From assembly GCA_010093705.1 (NCBI GenBank), contig MU006096.1, positions 111,558-175,557 on the forward strand: a stretch of 64,000 nucleotides of DNA, in the 5' to 3' direction. A program made the position numbers and the translations under genes. Numbering within the stretch: position 1 is the first letter of the stretch; every line of letters starts with the position of its first letter. This document shows, one piece after another, positions 39,107 through 50,466 of this stretch. The notes beneath the pieces were generated by a model. It was not told the origin of the DNA and did not search any database. It saw nothing but the letters and a program-made list of their open reading frames with translations. The stretch comes from Patellaria atrata CBS 101060. Its lineage: Eukaryota.

Positions 39107-42100
39107 ATGATGACCACGGCCACAAGACAACGCTCAGGATCCGCAAGGTCGAATACTTCTGAGCGTCCAGATCATCGTCGAAACGCTTCACCTGCCGCAC
39201 AAGGTCGAAATCAATACGGCGCATCAACCGATTCGATTTCGAACGACGTCCCCAGCATCACCAGCAACCCAACAGCACTGCTGATACCTCCCAATTCTGG
39301 ATCAGCCTATCCCAATCTGATACCACAGTCTCCCTTCTCCTCTAGTCCTCGACCTCGTGCCCATACTTTCGCAGATCCCAACGCCCAAATCGCATACAGA
39401 AGACCACAACCTACATCAGCCATGCATACTTATCAACCAGGCCAGCGCCATGGGTCAATACCCCTACCACCACCTCCTCCTGCGGCTACGCCAGGCCCAC
39501 ATGGTCTGATACCTCCTCCTCCCCCGCGACCATTACAAACTCCTATACATGGAGCGTACCCCCCTCCTCCCCCGAGCGCCTTACCCGGTGGACAAGGTTT
39601 CTGGGGAAGAGGTCCCTATCAAGCACAGCAGATGACTTCGGCACAGGCGCAGCACATTGCCTATAATCCCACAGCATATCAAAATTATCAGCAAGTGCTC
39701 CCTCCACCGCCTGAGACGCAACCTCTCACATCAGCAACGTACATTCCTGGCAGCGATTCTTTCGGTCCTGGAGTGGGAATCCCTCCGTTGCAACCTTCAC
39801 AAAGGTGGGAACAGACACAGTACTATGGAAATGAGCTTAACGGAACAATCGATCCCTCCAGAGGAGGTACATTCAGCCCTCCGCCTGGTGGAGAGACTAT
39901 GATGAATAATCCAGCAGAAGACCCCCGCTATCTTGACGCGAGAGGTTATCAACACGTTCCACAGACTCCCCTGGGCACCAGGCATCCAATGTTGTCACAG
40001 CGTGATCCGCAAACACATACCTACAATGGCCAGCAGACAGGTCCTATGATGCATCCGTCACAAACCCAAAGCCAACAACACTATCAATCCCAGGCTCAAC
40101 CTCAAACATCATCCCAAATTCAAGCTGCATCGGATTCTAACGCTGGAAGCACGCCAATATCTCCTTCTGACCCTGGAGCCAATTGGCCATTGGATAAGGT
40201 TTTGGTTTGGCTCGCTCAAAATCATTTCTCGAACGACTGGCAAGAAGCTTTCAAGAATCTTGATCTTCACGGATCAGAATTTCTAGAGATTGGAAGGAGT
40301 CATGGTAATACCAAAGGCAATTTTGCCATCATGCATCACAAGATCTATCCTGCACTTGCGAAAGAGTGTACCTCGAGTGGCACAGGGTGGGATCAAGCGA
40401 GAGAACGCGAGGAAGGGAAGAGACTACGCAAGCTAGTCCGCAGACTGCTCGACAATTCGGACCACGGCTTAAGATTGCCGAATCGACGTACGTCTAACCA
40501 GTTCCTAGGCGAAGGTGAGACGTCACCGAATATTACTCGCCAAGAGGTGACCTTTCTCGCAACACCAACCACGGCAGGAGCCGGGGAAGACAGTCCTGGA
40601 CGGCAAATGCCTATGGCATCTCCTGGACTTGGTGTCTCAAAGCGTATTTCTACTCAGCACCGTAATTTCACTCTTCCCCTTCCGGGTCAGGCTACCGAAC
40701 ATCACAACGGACCGGAAAGTGGGAAGAGAAGTGCTTTCTCAGAAACCGTCCTCAGAGGAATTGGAGATGGGGTCACAGTTCGAAAACACAGTCCGAGCCT
40801 ATCGAACGAACTTGGAGCAGACCCAGCATTCAGTGCAAACTATCGCGAAGCTATGAGGCACGTTAGTCCACAACATAGCCCGGGATTGCAATCTGCGAGA
40901 ATGGCCATTCCTATGGACTCTAGACCGCCGCACAGTCGTTACTATAGCCACAACCGAAATAATAGCTCCGAGTCAAACCTGTCCAATATGACACAATACG
41001 GGTCATCTGCACCTTCTAACAGCAGCCGCCGTAATGGAAATGATGGTTCTCGTCCGCCTCCTTTGGATCGTGCAAATGGCGCTGAGACCCCGTCAAGCGC
41101 AAAGGAGCAAAGAAATTTCCTTCCTAAATTTATGCGGCGCGACAAGAAGAAGGAAGATAATCACCCATCTCCAGACGAATCCAGCGTCGATTCTCCTACC
41201 AGCCCTGTAGTGCAACAGAAAGTGCCACCCAGCTTTGTTAAGTCGGGTATGAATTCGAGCGAAGTATCACTCGATCGCGAGATCACGAGACCTCCGGCGA
41301 TAGAAACAGAGAAACCTATCGTAAACGGGAACCGACCTCGGGCGGCAACGAAAGATCAGTTCGCTCATAAGCGGTTCATCTTCGTTACCCCTGATGGCTG
41401 GAACTACCGCCTTATAGATGTTACTGAGATAAAGACTGCATCTGGGCTGCGGCAAATAATCAGTGAGAATCTTGGTATCCCGCATGGTTCTCCAGTCTCA
41501 CTGCATATAACGTTTCCCGGGCACACCGAATATGATGAAGCACTTACTGATGATTCTCTCTTGCATGCAAGAGATCGATTTTCGGATCCTGCGGGCGGCT
41601 TGAAGATATTTGTGCACACTCCCGCTCCAGTTATTGGATCGCCAGCGCTAGGACTTGGTCTCCAGAGCGCTGGAATGGCATCGCCGTTTAAGACAATGAC
41701 GTTCAGCGGCCGACCAATGGATGAGGCAACATGGACTAGACTAAGAGCAGATTCACAGGCACAAATTGACTCCCCTGGACCACGATCCGGCGAATCTACC
41801 CTTGTACCGAGCCAAAGAGAAGTTATTCAAAGTCTCGCAAACAAGGCCGATTTCACCCCTGAAAGTGCTGACCAAGGTGCTAACCGCGGCCGTCCCAAGA
41901 TTGAGCGGACTTGGGAGACGGGTGGAAATATGTCTGAGGCGGAACGAAATGCGTTACTTGAAGCCGCTGCAGAAGAGCACCGGCGCGAGACGGATCGCAA
42001 GCAGAAGGCATACCTTGCTGAGAGAAAGCAGAAGCTTGGTGGCAAACACTCGCCTCCTGACCCGGGAAGTGTCTTAGGTATTACTCGCGAACGCGTTATT

Positions 42101-44779
42101 GATTTTGATAATCGTCGTGACTCACCGTATGAAGATAAACGACACTTCTCCGAAGAGAAGCGCCTTAGCAACCCCAATGCCAAACCCCTCGTTCCTCTTC
42201 GACAACCACCTCCCGTTCCACCAGATTCGAGCACCCTTATTAAAGCAAATTCACTTAGCAAGAAGACAGGACAGCAGGTACGCAAATCGTGGAATGAAGC
42301 TGAAGAGTCCGCTGGTAAACGACGGTCGGGAGAGCCAGCAGCACAGCCAGAGTTAGACGCAAAAGGACGTAGGAAAGCAATTCCAATCACACCTGATATT
42401 TCTTCTGGTATTGGTCAGGCACTTTTGAACGCAGGTAAAATGGGCGCGTTAGTGGGCGCAACTGAGATAGCTCAACGTCCAAGCCCCGTCTCGACGACGA
42501 CCCCCTCTTCTGGAGGCCCGGCCAGTAGCGAAGCGCCAGCGAAGCCTCAAAGGGCCCTGACGATGGTGGGTTTTGGTGAAAACGGCACAGGCTCAGGTAA
42601 GAGCAGCCCCATAGGATCTCCTCGCAGCCCCGGTTTCACTATGAGCAAGGGCAATGTCCCATTCAAAATCCCTGACTATGAGGAAGAAGTGCCGGAGGAC
42701 TTAGTCCTAGAGAAGCCTACTTTGAAGCTGCAGACGCCCGCGAGTAATCCCGCCTCGAATCCACATATCGAAAAGTTGAAACTAGCGCAAAAGATGCATT
42801 CCCCCGAAGTCAGTCCTGCGACTGCGTCTCCTCCCCCAAACGCCCTCTCGCGCATGTCATCTCGACGGTCGTATGGTCCGAACTTGGACTTTCAAGAAGC
42901 GCCGATCAGCTTTGCAAGATCGCCTGCTCTACCACCTCAAGATTCCGATGACGACTCCGACGATGGGTTGTTTGCTGCACCACTTCGAAAGAACAACGAT
43001 CCTGCGCCTCCGAGCAAATCGAATGTGCAACCCGCTGACGAGAACAAGAGCCAAAGACCCTCATTGACCGTGAAGACTTCCAAGCCGCAAGTGAAGTTCG
43101 AGTCACCTGAGAAATCTGCGGTTGAACAATCAAGTTCGGGAGACGCAGAAAGTGGAGGGAGAGAGCATTCAAACAGCGTTGATCGCTACCCACAATCTGC
43201 CGGGTGGTCTGCCGAATCACCCGATGAAACAAACCGGTTCCTCAATCCTAACCGCCGCGAATCGTTCGCCAGCGACATTTGGGCAAACAGACCTCCAGCT
43301 GAAGCACTCGTGGAACATCTCGACGAGTTCTTTCCGAACATCAATCTTGATCAATTGATGCCTACGGAAGAAGTCCTGTCACCACCTGCCTCCCCCGCGG
43401 TTGCCCCTGAACAACCTGGGTTGTCTAACAAATCATCTTTCATGAGTAACAACAGTCGCTCCGTTACACCGATGTCATCTACCGATGAAGTTCATAACAC
43501 TGGATCCGACGAAGCAACTCTGAAGAGGACAGACACTATCAGAAATGTGGCGCAAAGAAACCTGCGAAAGTCTGGAGGATTGGGTCGTACAAAATCTATC
43601 CGTGATGTCGTCAAGAGTCAATATCAGCAACCTGAGAAGAGATCGATGCCAGGACCGTCTCGCGTCGCGACTATCAAAACTAGCGATCTTGTACGTAGGA
43701 AGAGCACTAAAATGTTCGGCGCGAAGATCGAACAGATCAAGCCATCGAGAGGCAGTCGTCTCATCCAGCTGGAGACAATTCCACAAGATACGCTACCCGT
43801 ACCTCAGCGCCAAGCAACCTTCAAATGGGTAAAGGGCCAATTGATCGGCAAGGGTACCTTTGGTCGTGTGTACCTCGGTGTTAACATGACGACCGGAGAA
43901 CTCATCGCCGTCAAACAAGTCGAAGTCAAGCCCCAAGCTGCCGGCTCGGATAAGGAGAAGATCAAAGAAATGGTCAAAGCGCTCGATCAGGAAATTGATA
44001 CCATGCAACATCTCGACCATGTCAACATCGTACAGTATCTCGGTTGTGAACGCAAGGAATACTCGATCTCCATCTTTTTGGAATACATTCCCGGTGGAAG
44101 TATCGGCAGCTGTCTGCGCAAGCATGGCAAATTCGACGAACCAATTGTTAGTTCGTTAACACGGCAGACGCTTCAGGGGTTAGCGTATCTACACAGAGAG
44201 GGTATTCTACATCGCGACCTGAAAGCCGATAATATCCTCCTGGACCTCGACGGCACGTGCAAGATTTCCGATTTCGGTATCTCCAAGAAGACCGACAATA
44301 TCTACGGCAACGACATCACGAATAGCATGCAAGGTTCCGTCTTCTGGATGGCGCCTGAGGTCATCCGTTCCCAAGGTCAGGGCTACTCCGCCAAAGTCGA
44401 CATCTGGTCGCTCGGCTGCGTCGTGCTAGAGATGTTTGCCGGTAGAAGACCGTGGTCCAGGGAAGAAGCCATCGGCGCGATTTACAAGTTGGGCAGTTTA
44501 AATCAAGCACCTCCCATCCCGGATGACGTGAGTCAAGCAATCAGTCCCGCGGCGATCAGCTTCATGTATGATTGCTTTACAATGTGAGTACCCCCTTTCC
44601 CCCGGGTATGAAGGACACTATAACTGATGATATTAACCAGTGATCCGGCTGATCGTCCCACGGCTGAGACGTTGCTGAGAGCGCCCTTCTGCTTCTCGGA
44701 CCCGCATTACAACTTCCTGGATACGGAGCTTTACGCGAAGATCAGAGGTGCTTACGGTCCATCGCTTGTGCCCCATTGA
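39107..44779 (+). CDS. BCK1: Cell-wall-integrity MAP kinase kinase kinase Bck1/Mkh1
   Basis: 1826-codon first exon with a SAM-like segment (WPLDKVLVWL), LDEFFPNINLD and a kinase domain (GKGTFGRVY, HRDLKADN, DFG, MQGSVFWMAPE). Intron 44584-44640; stop at 44777-44779. Confidence 0.96.
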
Positions 44780-45337
44780 CCGTAATTCATAAACCTCTTG
44801 AGGAACTTCCCTTCTCTCTACCCCGAATTCTTTTCTTCTTCTCCCGCTTTTCTTCCTTGCTCGTGTAACTGTAGCGCGAATACCAACCTGAGTCACGTTT
44901 GGAGCGTTTTCGGGCACCGGTTCCTGCTATTTTTTTTTTCTTTTTCTGTGAATATATCGTGTACGCGTGCATGCTATCTGTTACTTAATTCTTTTTTCCT
45001 AATTTTTGCCCTTTGGTTTTCAAGGGAGGATATACGATCATGATGGGATAAGGTTCTCGTTTTGGAATATTTTCTAGGGCGTCGTCGAACGGGGCACTTT
45101 ACTTCTCTACGACGCCATTTGTCTACCTGTGTCGTGGGGGTCAAGGGGAAGCGATATCGAGCATGTGAAGGATATGTAGGCAGGCATTTTTCATCGGATG
45201 TTGAAAGGGATATATAGGGAAACCCACTAGCGTGTGGGTTGAATTGGAGAAAAATGGCGTAACTCCGTAACTTGCGCCGTCCCATGCACATGTGCCCAAA
45301 ATTCGTATATACATCCCGAGTTAGCCATTTACAGAAC

Positions 45338-46456
45338 TCAGCTCGCAGGACGCGCGGCTACATCCCCATCCTCCCCATCCTCAACCCCAACCCCAACCGC
45401 ATCCCCAGGCTTCCATAACCTCCTCCTTTCCCCGCCTTTCCCCGTCCGCCCGCTCTCACACGTCTCCTCGATATACCCGAGATAATACCCTTTCCTGAGG
45501 CCCTCGGGATCATGCTCCCTGATGAAGCGCTCGATCGACTCGCTCCGACTAGCCCCCACAGCCGACAAGCGGGAGCGGCGCAGATTCCGCGCCGCGTCCG
45601 CATGCACCTGCTCCCTTTGCTCCAACAGCGAGGCGGAAAAAATCCCCGCGCGCGACGCCTGGCCGAGGCCGCCGAGGAAAGCGCAGAGCAGAAGCACGAC
45701 GACGAAAGTGCCGTTGGGCACGAAAGGGGTTTGAGGTGCGGGCCGGGATGGTGAGGGCGAGGTCGCTTCGTACCACCGCTCCCAGTCTTCCCAGGTCGCG
45801 TTGTACAGCGGGTTCATGCCTTTGGGCCATTGGCGCTTCGGGGCCCCGGCGCTGGATGTTGGGAGGTTGGGGGCGTGGTCCCAGCCGTGACCGTGGGTGT
45901 CGTAGGCTTGTCGGCGGGTGGGGGAGGAGAGGAGGGTGTGTGCGGCGATTATGAGTCTGTATCGTTCCAGGCGCTCGGAGGGGGAGATCGAGGGGTGAGG
46001 ATGCGGATTGTGGGAAGAGTTGGAGGGGTGAGAGGGAGAGGGCGGGAGGTGGTGTAGGTCCGGGTGGTAGAGCTTCACTAGCGCGTTAAACCGCGCTTTG
46101 GTGTAGGGTCCGTGGAGGGGGTGGGAGAGGATTTCATAGGGGGTCAGGGGCCGTGTAGGGGGGGAGGGGATGGGCCAGGTGTAGGGGTCCGCGGAGGGAT
46201 CACGCGGGGAGTCCGCGGAAGGGTTGGGGAAGTGGTTTGTGGGATGGTCGGCGGAGCGGAGGGGGAAGGGTCTGCGGGAGGTGTCGCGGTAGGGATTGTG
46301 GTCGCTGTTATGAGGCTCGTCGGCGACTTCTTTGGCGTAGCTTCGGGTTTGCTGATGGGTGGTGAGGCGTGACGTAGATGACTTCGGCGAGGGGTGGGAG
46401 AGGGAGAGAAGGGTTGATGAGGTTGGGAGGAGTAGAGACGGCTTTCTGAGAAGCAT
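45338..46456 (-). CDS. J-domain (DnaJ) protein, Jid1-like, probably mitochondrial
   Basis: TPYEIL..KARFNALVKLYHPD..ERYRLIIAAHTLLS..RRQAYD, NATWEDWERW and a C-terminal TM helix; presequence-like N-terminus starting at ATG 46456. Confidence 0.88.
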   Translation of the reverse strand: MLLRKPSLLLPTSSTLLSLSHPSPKSSTSRLTTHQQTRSYAKEVADEPHNSDHNPYRDTSRRPFPLRSADHPTNHFPNPSADSPRDPSADPYTWPIPSPPTRPLTPYEILSHPLHGPYTKARFNALVKLYHPDLHHLPPSPSHPSNSSHNPHPHPSISPSERLERYRLIIAAHTLLSSPTRRQAYDTHGHGWDHAPNLPTSSAGAPKRQWPKGMNPLYNATWEDWERWYEATSPSPSRPAPQTPFVPNGTFVVVLLLCAFLGGLGQASRAGIFSASLLEQREQVHADAARNLRRSRLSAVGASRSESIERFIREHDPEGLRKGYYLGYIEETCESGRTGKGGERRRLWKPGDAVGVGVEDGEDGDVAARPAS

Positions 46457-46505
46457 GATGGGTAGTCTTGGTAAGGAGATTAGAGCCTCCTGTACCCATT
46501 GTATC

Positions 46506-46536
46506 GACAAGAGACGACAAGAGACGACAAGAGACG
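46506..46536. repeat. 10-bp tandem repeat (GACAAGAGAC)x3
   Basis: Directly visible just upstream of the J-protein gene. Confidence 0.85.
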
Positions 46537-46872
46537 TAGGATATAATTGTTAGGGTGGCGTGTGAGATGAAGAGATGTAATAGATATGGCGGGGTCGTGC
46601 TTTGGCAGCTCCGGGCCGTGCGCGTGCGGGCTCAAAAGCGCGTCCGAGGAACTTCTAATACCGGGTACCGACGAAGTGACAGCATACCGTAACCCACAAT
46701 CCACGGACACTTCGTCTTCAATTTCCTCTGGGAAGAGCATAAACTTGTGAATAAATTGGGAATGCACTTCTCTGCTTTCTAAGATTTTGACCTTGTCCCC
46801 CGACCCCCGACCGACGAAAAAAGATATGCCGAACGCGTCCTCCGGCCTTCTCTACGTCCACGCTCCGTCAAG

Positions 46873-48381
46873 ATGCCGCCTACAAAACACGTAGAGCACG
46901 ACTCGAAAAGCGGCTTGACCTACAAAGAGTCTCAAGTAAAAGTAAGGTCAATGTTACCGGATTGGATCGACAAGACCACTGGGTGCAACCGAGAGATCAA
47001 ACGTTTCCGCAACAAAGGCCGGGGCGTACCCTCTTTGGAAGCGATGGCGACGCGGTGTCTTCTGCTCAACGCAAAAGAACTGCGGCTGGATACTTTTGAG
47101 AATGTTCCGTGGGTTCTTGGGAAGAAGATTTGGGAGGAGTTCAGGAAACAGTACGTTTACTTCTCAAAAGTTTTTGAGCAAGAGACGGAAACAGTGAGAC
47201 CAACACAGTCCGTGCTCTATGCATTGTTCCTTCTTATATCGATCATGTTCTGTAACACATTTCGATCATATAAACGTAGCATAACTGCTATAGTTCATTA
47301 GTCGATCATTAATACTGCGGAAACTCAGATACTCTACGGATCAGGAGTATTCAACATATGCTTTCTAGACTATCTTCTATCAACTGGACTTAACGGACCC
47401 CTAAATTCGATCATCCCGCTAATTTCCATGTCAGTCACCTCGATAGCTTTCGTGTCTGGCAAATATTCGCCAATGCGTATTCCAAAGAGAAGCATCCTCA
47501 TATACAGTATCGCAAGCTGATCTTCAATCCGTGGGAGCGTTTCTTCCTCATCCCGCAGTCGTTGAATCCTCCGTACTTCAATGGCCTCACATACCTGACC
47601 ATCACCAGCGGTGATCTGACTCCCGCCGATCTGTCTCTTCTCCCTCAGCTCGCCAATCTTGCTGTCTTGAGTATGTCAGGGGGCGCAACTAAGGTCAATG
47701 ACATATACATCCAGACATGGCACAATGAGGTTATCGAGAACAGTGCTTTTCCGAAGTTAAGGGTTTTGTATTTTGCACATCAACCACGCGTGACAGTGAA
47801 CTCCTTACCTTTGCTGGCTGCTTTCCCAATGCTAAAAGCGTGCCATATGACGGGAGCGAGTTTTGTGGATACTACAGATGAAGAACTTTCAGGGACCGGC
47901 TGGCAAAGGAAAGGGAGGTAAGCTTAGAAGAACAATCCAATGATCTCTTTTCCTCTCCAAATGTAAATATTAGTAGGCCTAACAATAATTTAGGGACGAA
48001 TTTTCAGCTCAGTTAGACAAGTACTGCCACAAAAGAAAGTTATCTTACGAATGCCCTGCACATCAGTACTTCCAATTTACGGGACGCTATCTTGAAAAAG
48101 ACTCTAAAATTGCAGATAACGATCTACCCGTCCTCGATGTTCGAGCTGAGGAGCGTTCGTTCGAGTGGATAGACTTAAAGAATGCGGTTTGGTTCGAGAG
48201 AAACGAACTTCCAGCTCCATCAAGGAGTCGCCATGATTCCGCTGTTGCTAGCGAGGACGAGCTACGTCCTCTAAAGAGAGCTGCCGAGGACGAGGGACCC
48301 TCCGCGAAGAGAATGAAGCTCCGTCCTGGGAAGAAACAGAGTATGAACGATTTACTCAGCTCTTTCAAGATGTCGCAATGA
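46873..48381 (+). CDS. Hypothetical protein with leucine-rich-repeat-like central region
   Basis: Exons 46873-47150, 47435-47917 and about 47994-48381. The exon 1/2 join is in frame (FRK/HHLDSFRVWQIFANAY). LRR-like LTYLTI..LPQLANLAVLSM..FPKLRVLYF and a basic C-terminus (KRMKLRPGKKQ). Confidence 0.7.
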
Positions 48382-49494
48382 TTTCAGAGATCAACTGGGA
48401 GAAACATATTTTCCAGGAGCGGAACTCTGCCTAAATACCATCAAACTGAATTCCGAATGTTTGATCGGGTCTCCATTCAATGGTCATCATTGATGTGAGA
48501 GGAAAGAGTTTCCACACAGAGCGGAAGGTCCCCTTGCTCGCCATCGCATCACGAATATTCTCTCTTCAATATCACCACCGACAATCAATGGAGCAGTATT
48601 TCCAGCAATCATGTATGAAAGCAGTAGTTCCCCCGACCTTTGTACTTTGCGCAACCTGGTCCTTCCACTCTCGTCCGACCCACCCCGCTGATCGGGATCG
48701 GCGCTCAACTCATTCCACTCCAGAACGCAAAACCACCACACTCTTTCCATACCAACATCCCATATCCGCTTCCACCCCCAGAATTCTTCGAATTATCAAT
48801 CTCCGCCGATCTCCGCGATCTATCCGCTCTCTCCAATACCCGGATCTCCCTTTTCCCTATTTCAAATAGTTCCCCGGTACCCAGTTTCAACGATCAAACG
48901 GAAGTTCCTCCGCGGTATCTCCTTCTCAAATCACCCTCTCTGGAGCCTTTCCCGGATCACAACGCTCATCTTATAGATGATAGACAAACCCGCAGCATCT
49001 GATCCAAGATCCGCGTTGCGGTTCCTCCCGGTCGATCGTCTCCGTAATCGCGGATCAGCACCAACGGTAAGGTGCGATTTCGGATCGGTGACGTCAACTC
49101 AACCAGAGAGATTTTGAGAGTGTAATTTCTCTGCGGGGAGGAAGTTTTGACAAGATACTGAAAATGATTTTGGGTCTGATACTTGTTCTGCGGTTTACGA
49201 CTTAGCAAATATTGTATTCGACGATAGATGTGTGGGAGCAATCACGAAGATACGACTAATGAATCTAATAGAACATCTCATGATATAATCGATCCATTGT
49301 GTGCACATACTAAAAGGGCAATGAGAGTTGAAGACCGTATAATCGCTACCCTACGTATCACCCATCATCTCGATCGTTCTTTGCATGGGCGAGAGATGTG
49401 ATTCTCATTGTGATAGAGCCGCTATTTTAACGAACGGCCACTACGTAGTAGCAGGAGATGCATCTTGATCGAACCTCGCTCATGCCATGATACT

Positions 49495-50466
49495 TCATCC
49501 ATTCTCCACCCTCCCCTTAACCCCGCTCTCCTCCGCACCATTCTCCGCTCTCTCCTTCCGCCGCTGCGCCACGTCCCAGTTATATACGCGTGCGGTGGCG
49601 ACCTCAAGTGTCTGTAATACTCATTAGCACCAGCTCCCAATAAAAGCCTTACATTTCATTCTCCACATAAAGGCGTCATGAACCCCCTTCCCCCTTTTGG
49701 GTTCAAGCTGGTAAAAACACATACCGTAATCTGTTCCCTCAAGAAATCCAGATCCTCTTCGCAGTTCAGCAGGCTTTGACGGGCAGTGCTGAGTTTTGAT
49801 TCCAACAGCGTTTCGGCTTCGGGGAGCGGGTAGGCAAGCATGACGTTGGCCTGTATATATGAGGTCAAAGAAGGGTTAAGCTCTGCGGGCAGGGTGGGCA
49901 TACGCCTAGCCACAGATACACCTCCTCTGTAGGTGGTACAAGTGCTTTAGCGTACAGTGTGTCATTGAGCTCGAAGGTCGTCTCGAGGGGTTCTGACTCA
50001 TCCTGACGAGGTGTCAATATGATTCCTCCCCTAATCTTGCTACAACGTATATGTGAAACCCACCGTTCGTGTCTTCAGAAATCGGACGGTATCAAGTGTC
50101 TTTTGAATATCCGGGAGCTTGTTCTTGAGCCCTACTGCACGCCGTTGTGTGTTCACTTCCATGAATTGGTACTTCCTATACAGTACGGAGCATCAATGAG
50201 TTATGACGACGCGGCGAGATAAATCTTGGGAGGGAAACGCACGATATCATTTCCTGAAAGCTCTTTAGCGTCCCCTCGACCTCCGCCCGCGAGGAGACAT
50301 AGTCCTCGACTTTATCGACAAACGGCGCATAAGGGATGCCTCGAGGGTTGGTGGGAGCATCTTTGCTACTGTCATGGGAATTGAGAGATCAGTATACACT
50401 TCTTCAAACAGATTAGAGGGTTGTTACACTGTGAACTCACCCAGCTTCTTTAGCCGTTGTAGCCAT
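49495..50466 (-). CDS. PAC10: Prefoldin subunit 3 (Pac10/Gim2/VBP1)
   Basis: Multi-exon: NPRGIPYAPFVDKVEDY, KYQFMEVN, KIPDIQKTLDTVRFL, FELNDTLYAKA, VYLWLG/ANVMLAYP, DLDFLREQIT/TLEVATARVYNWDV; ATG at 50466. Confidence 0.95.
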
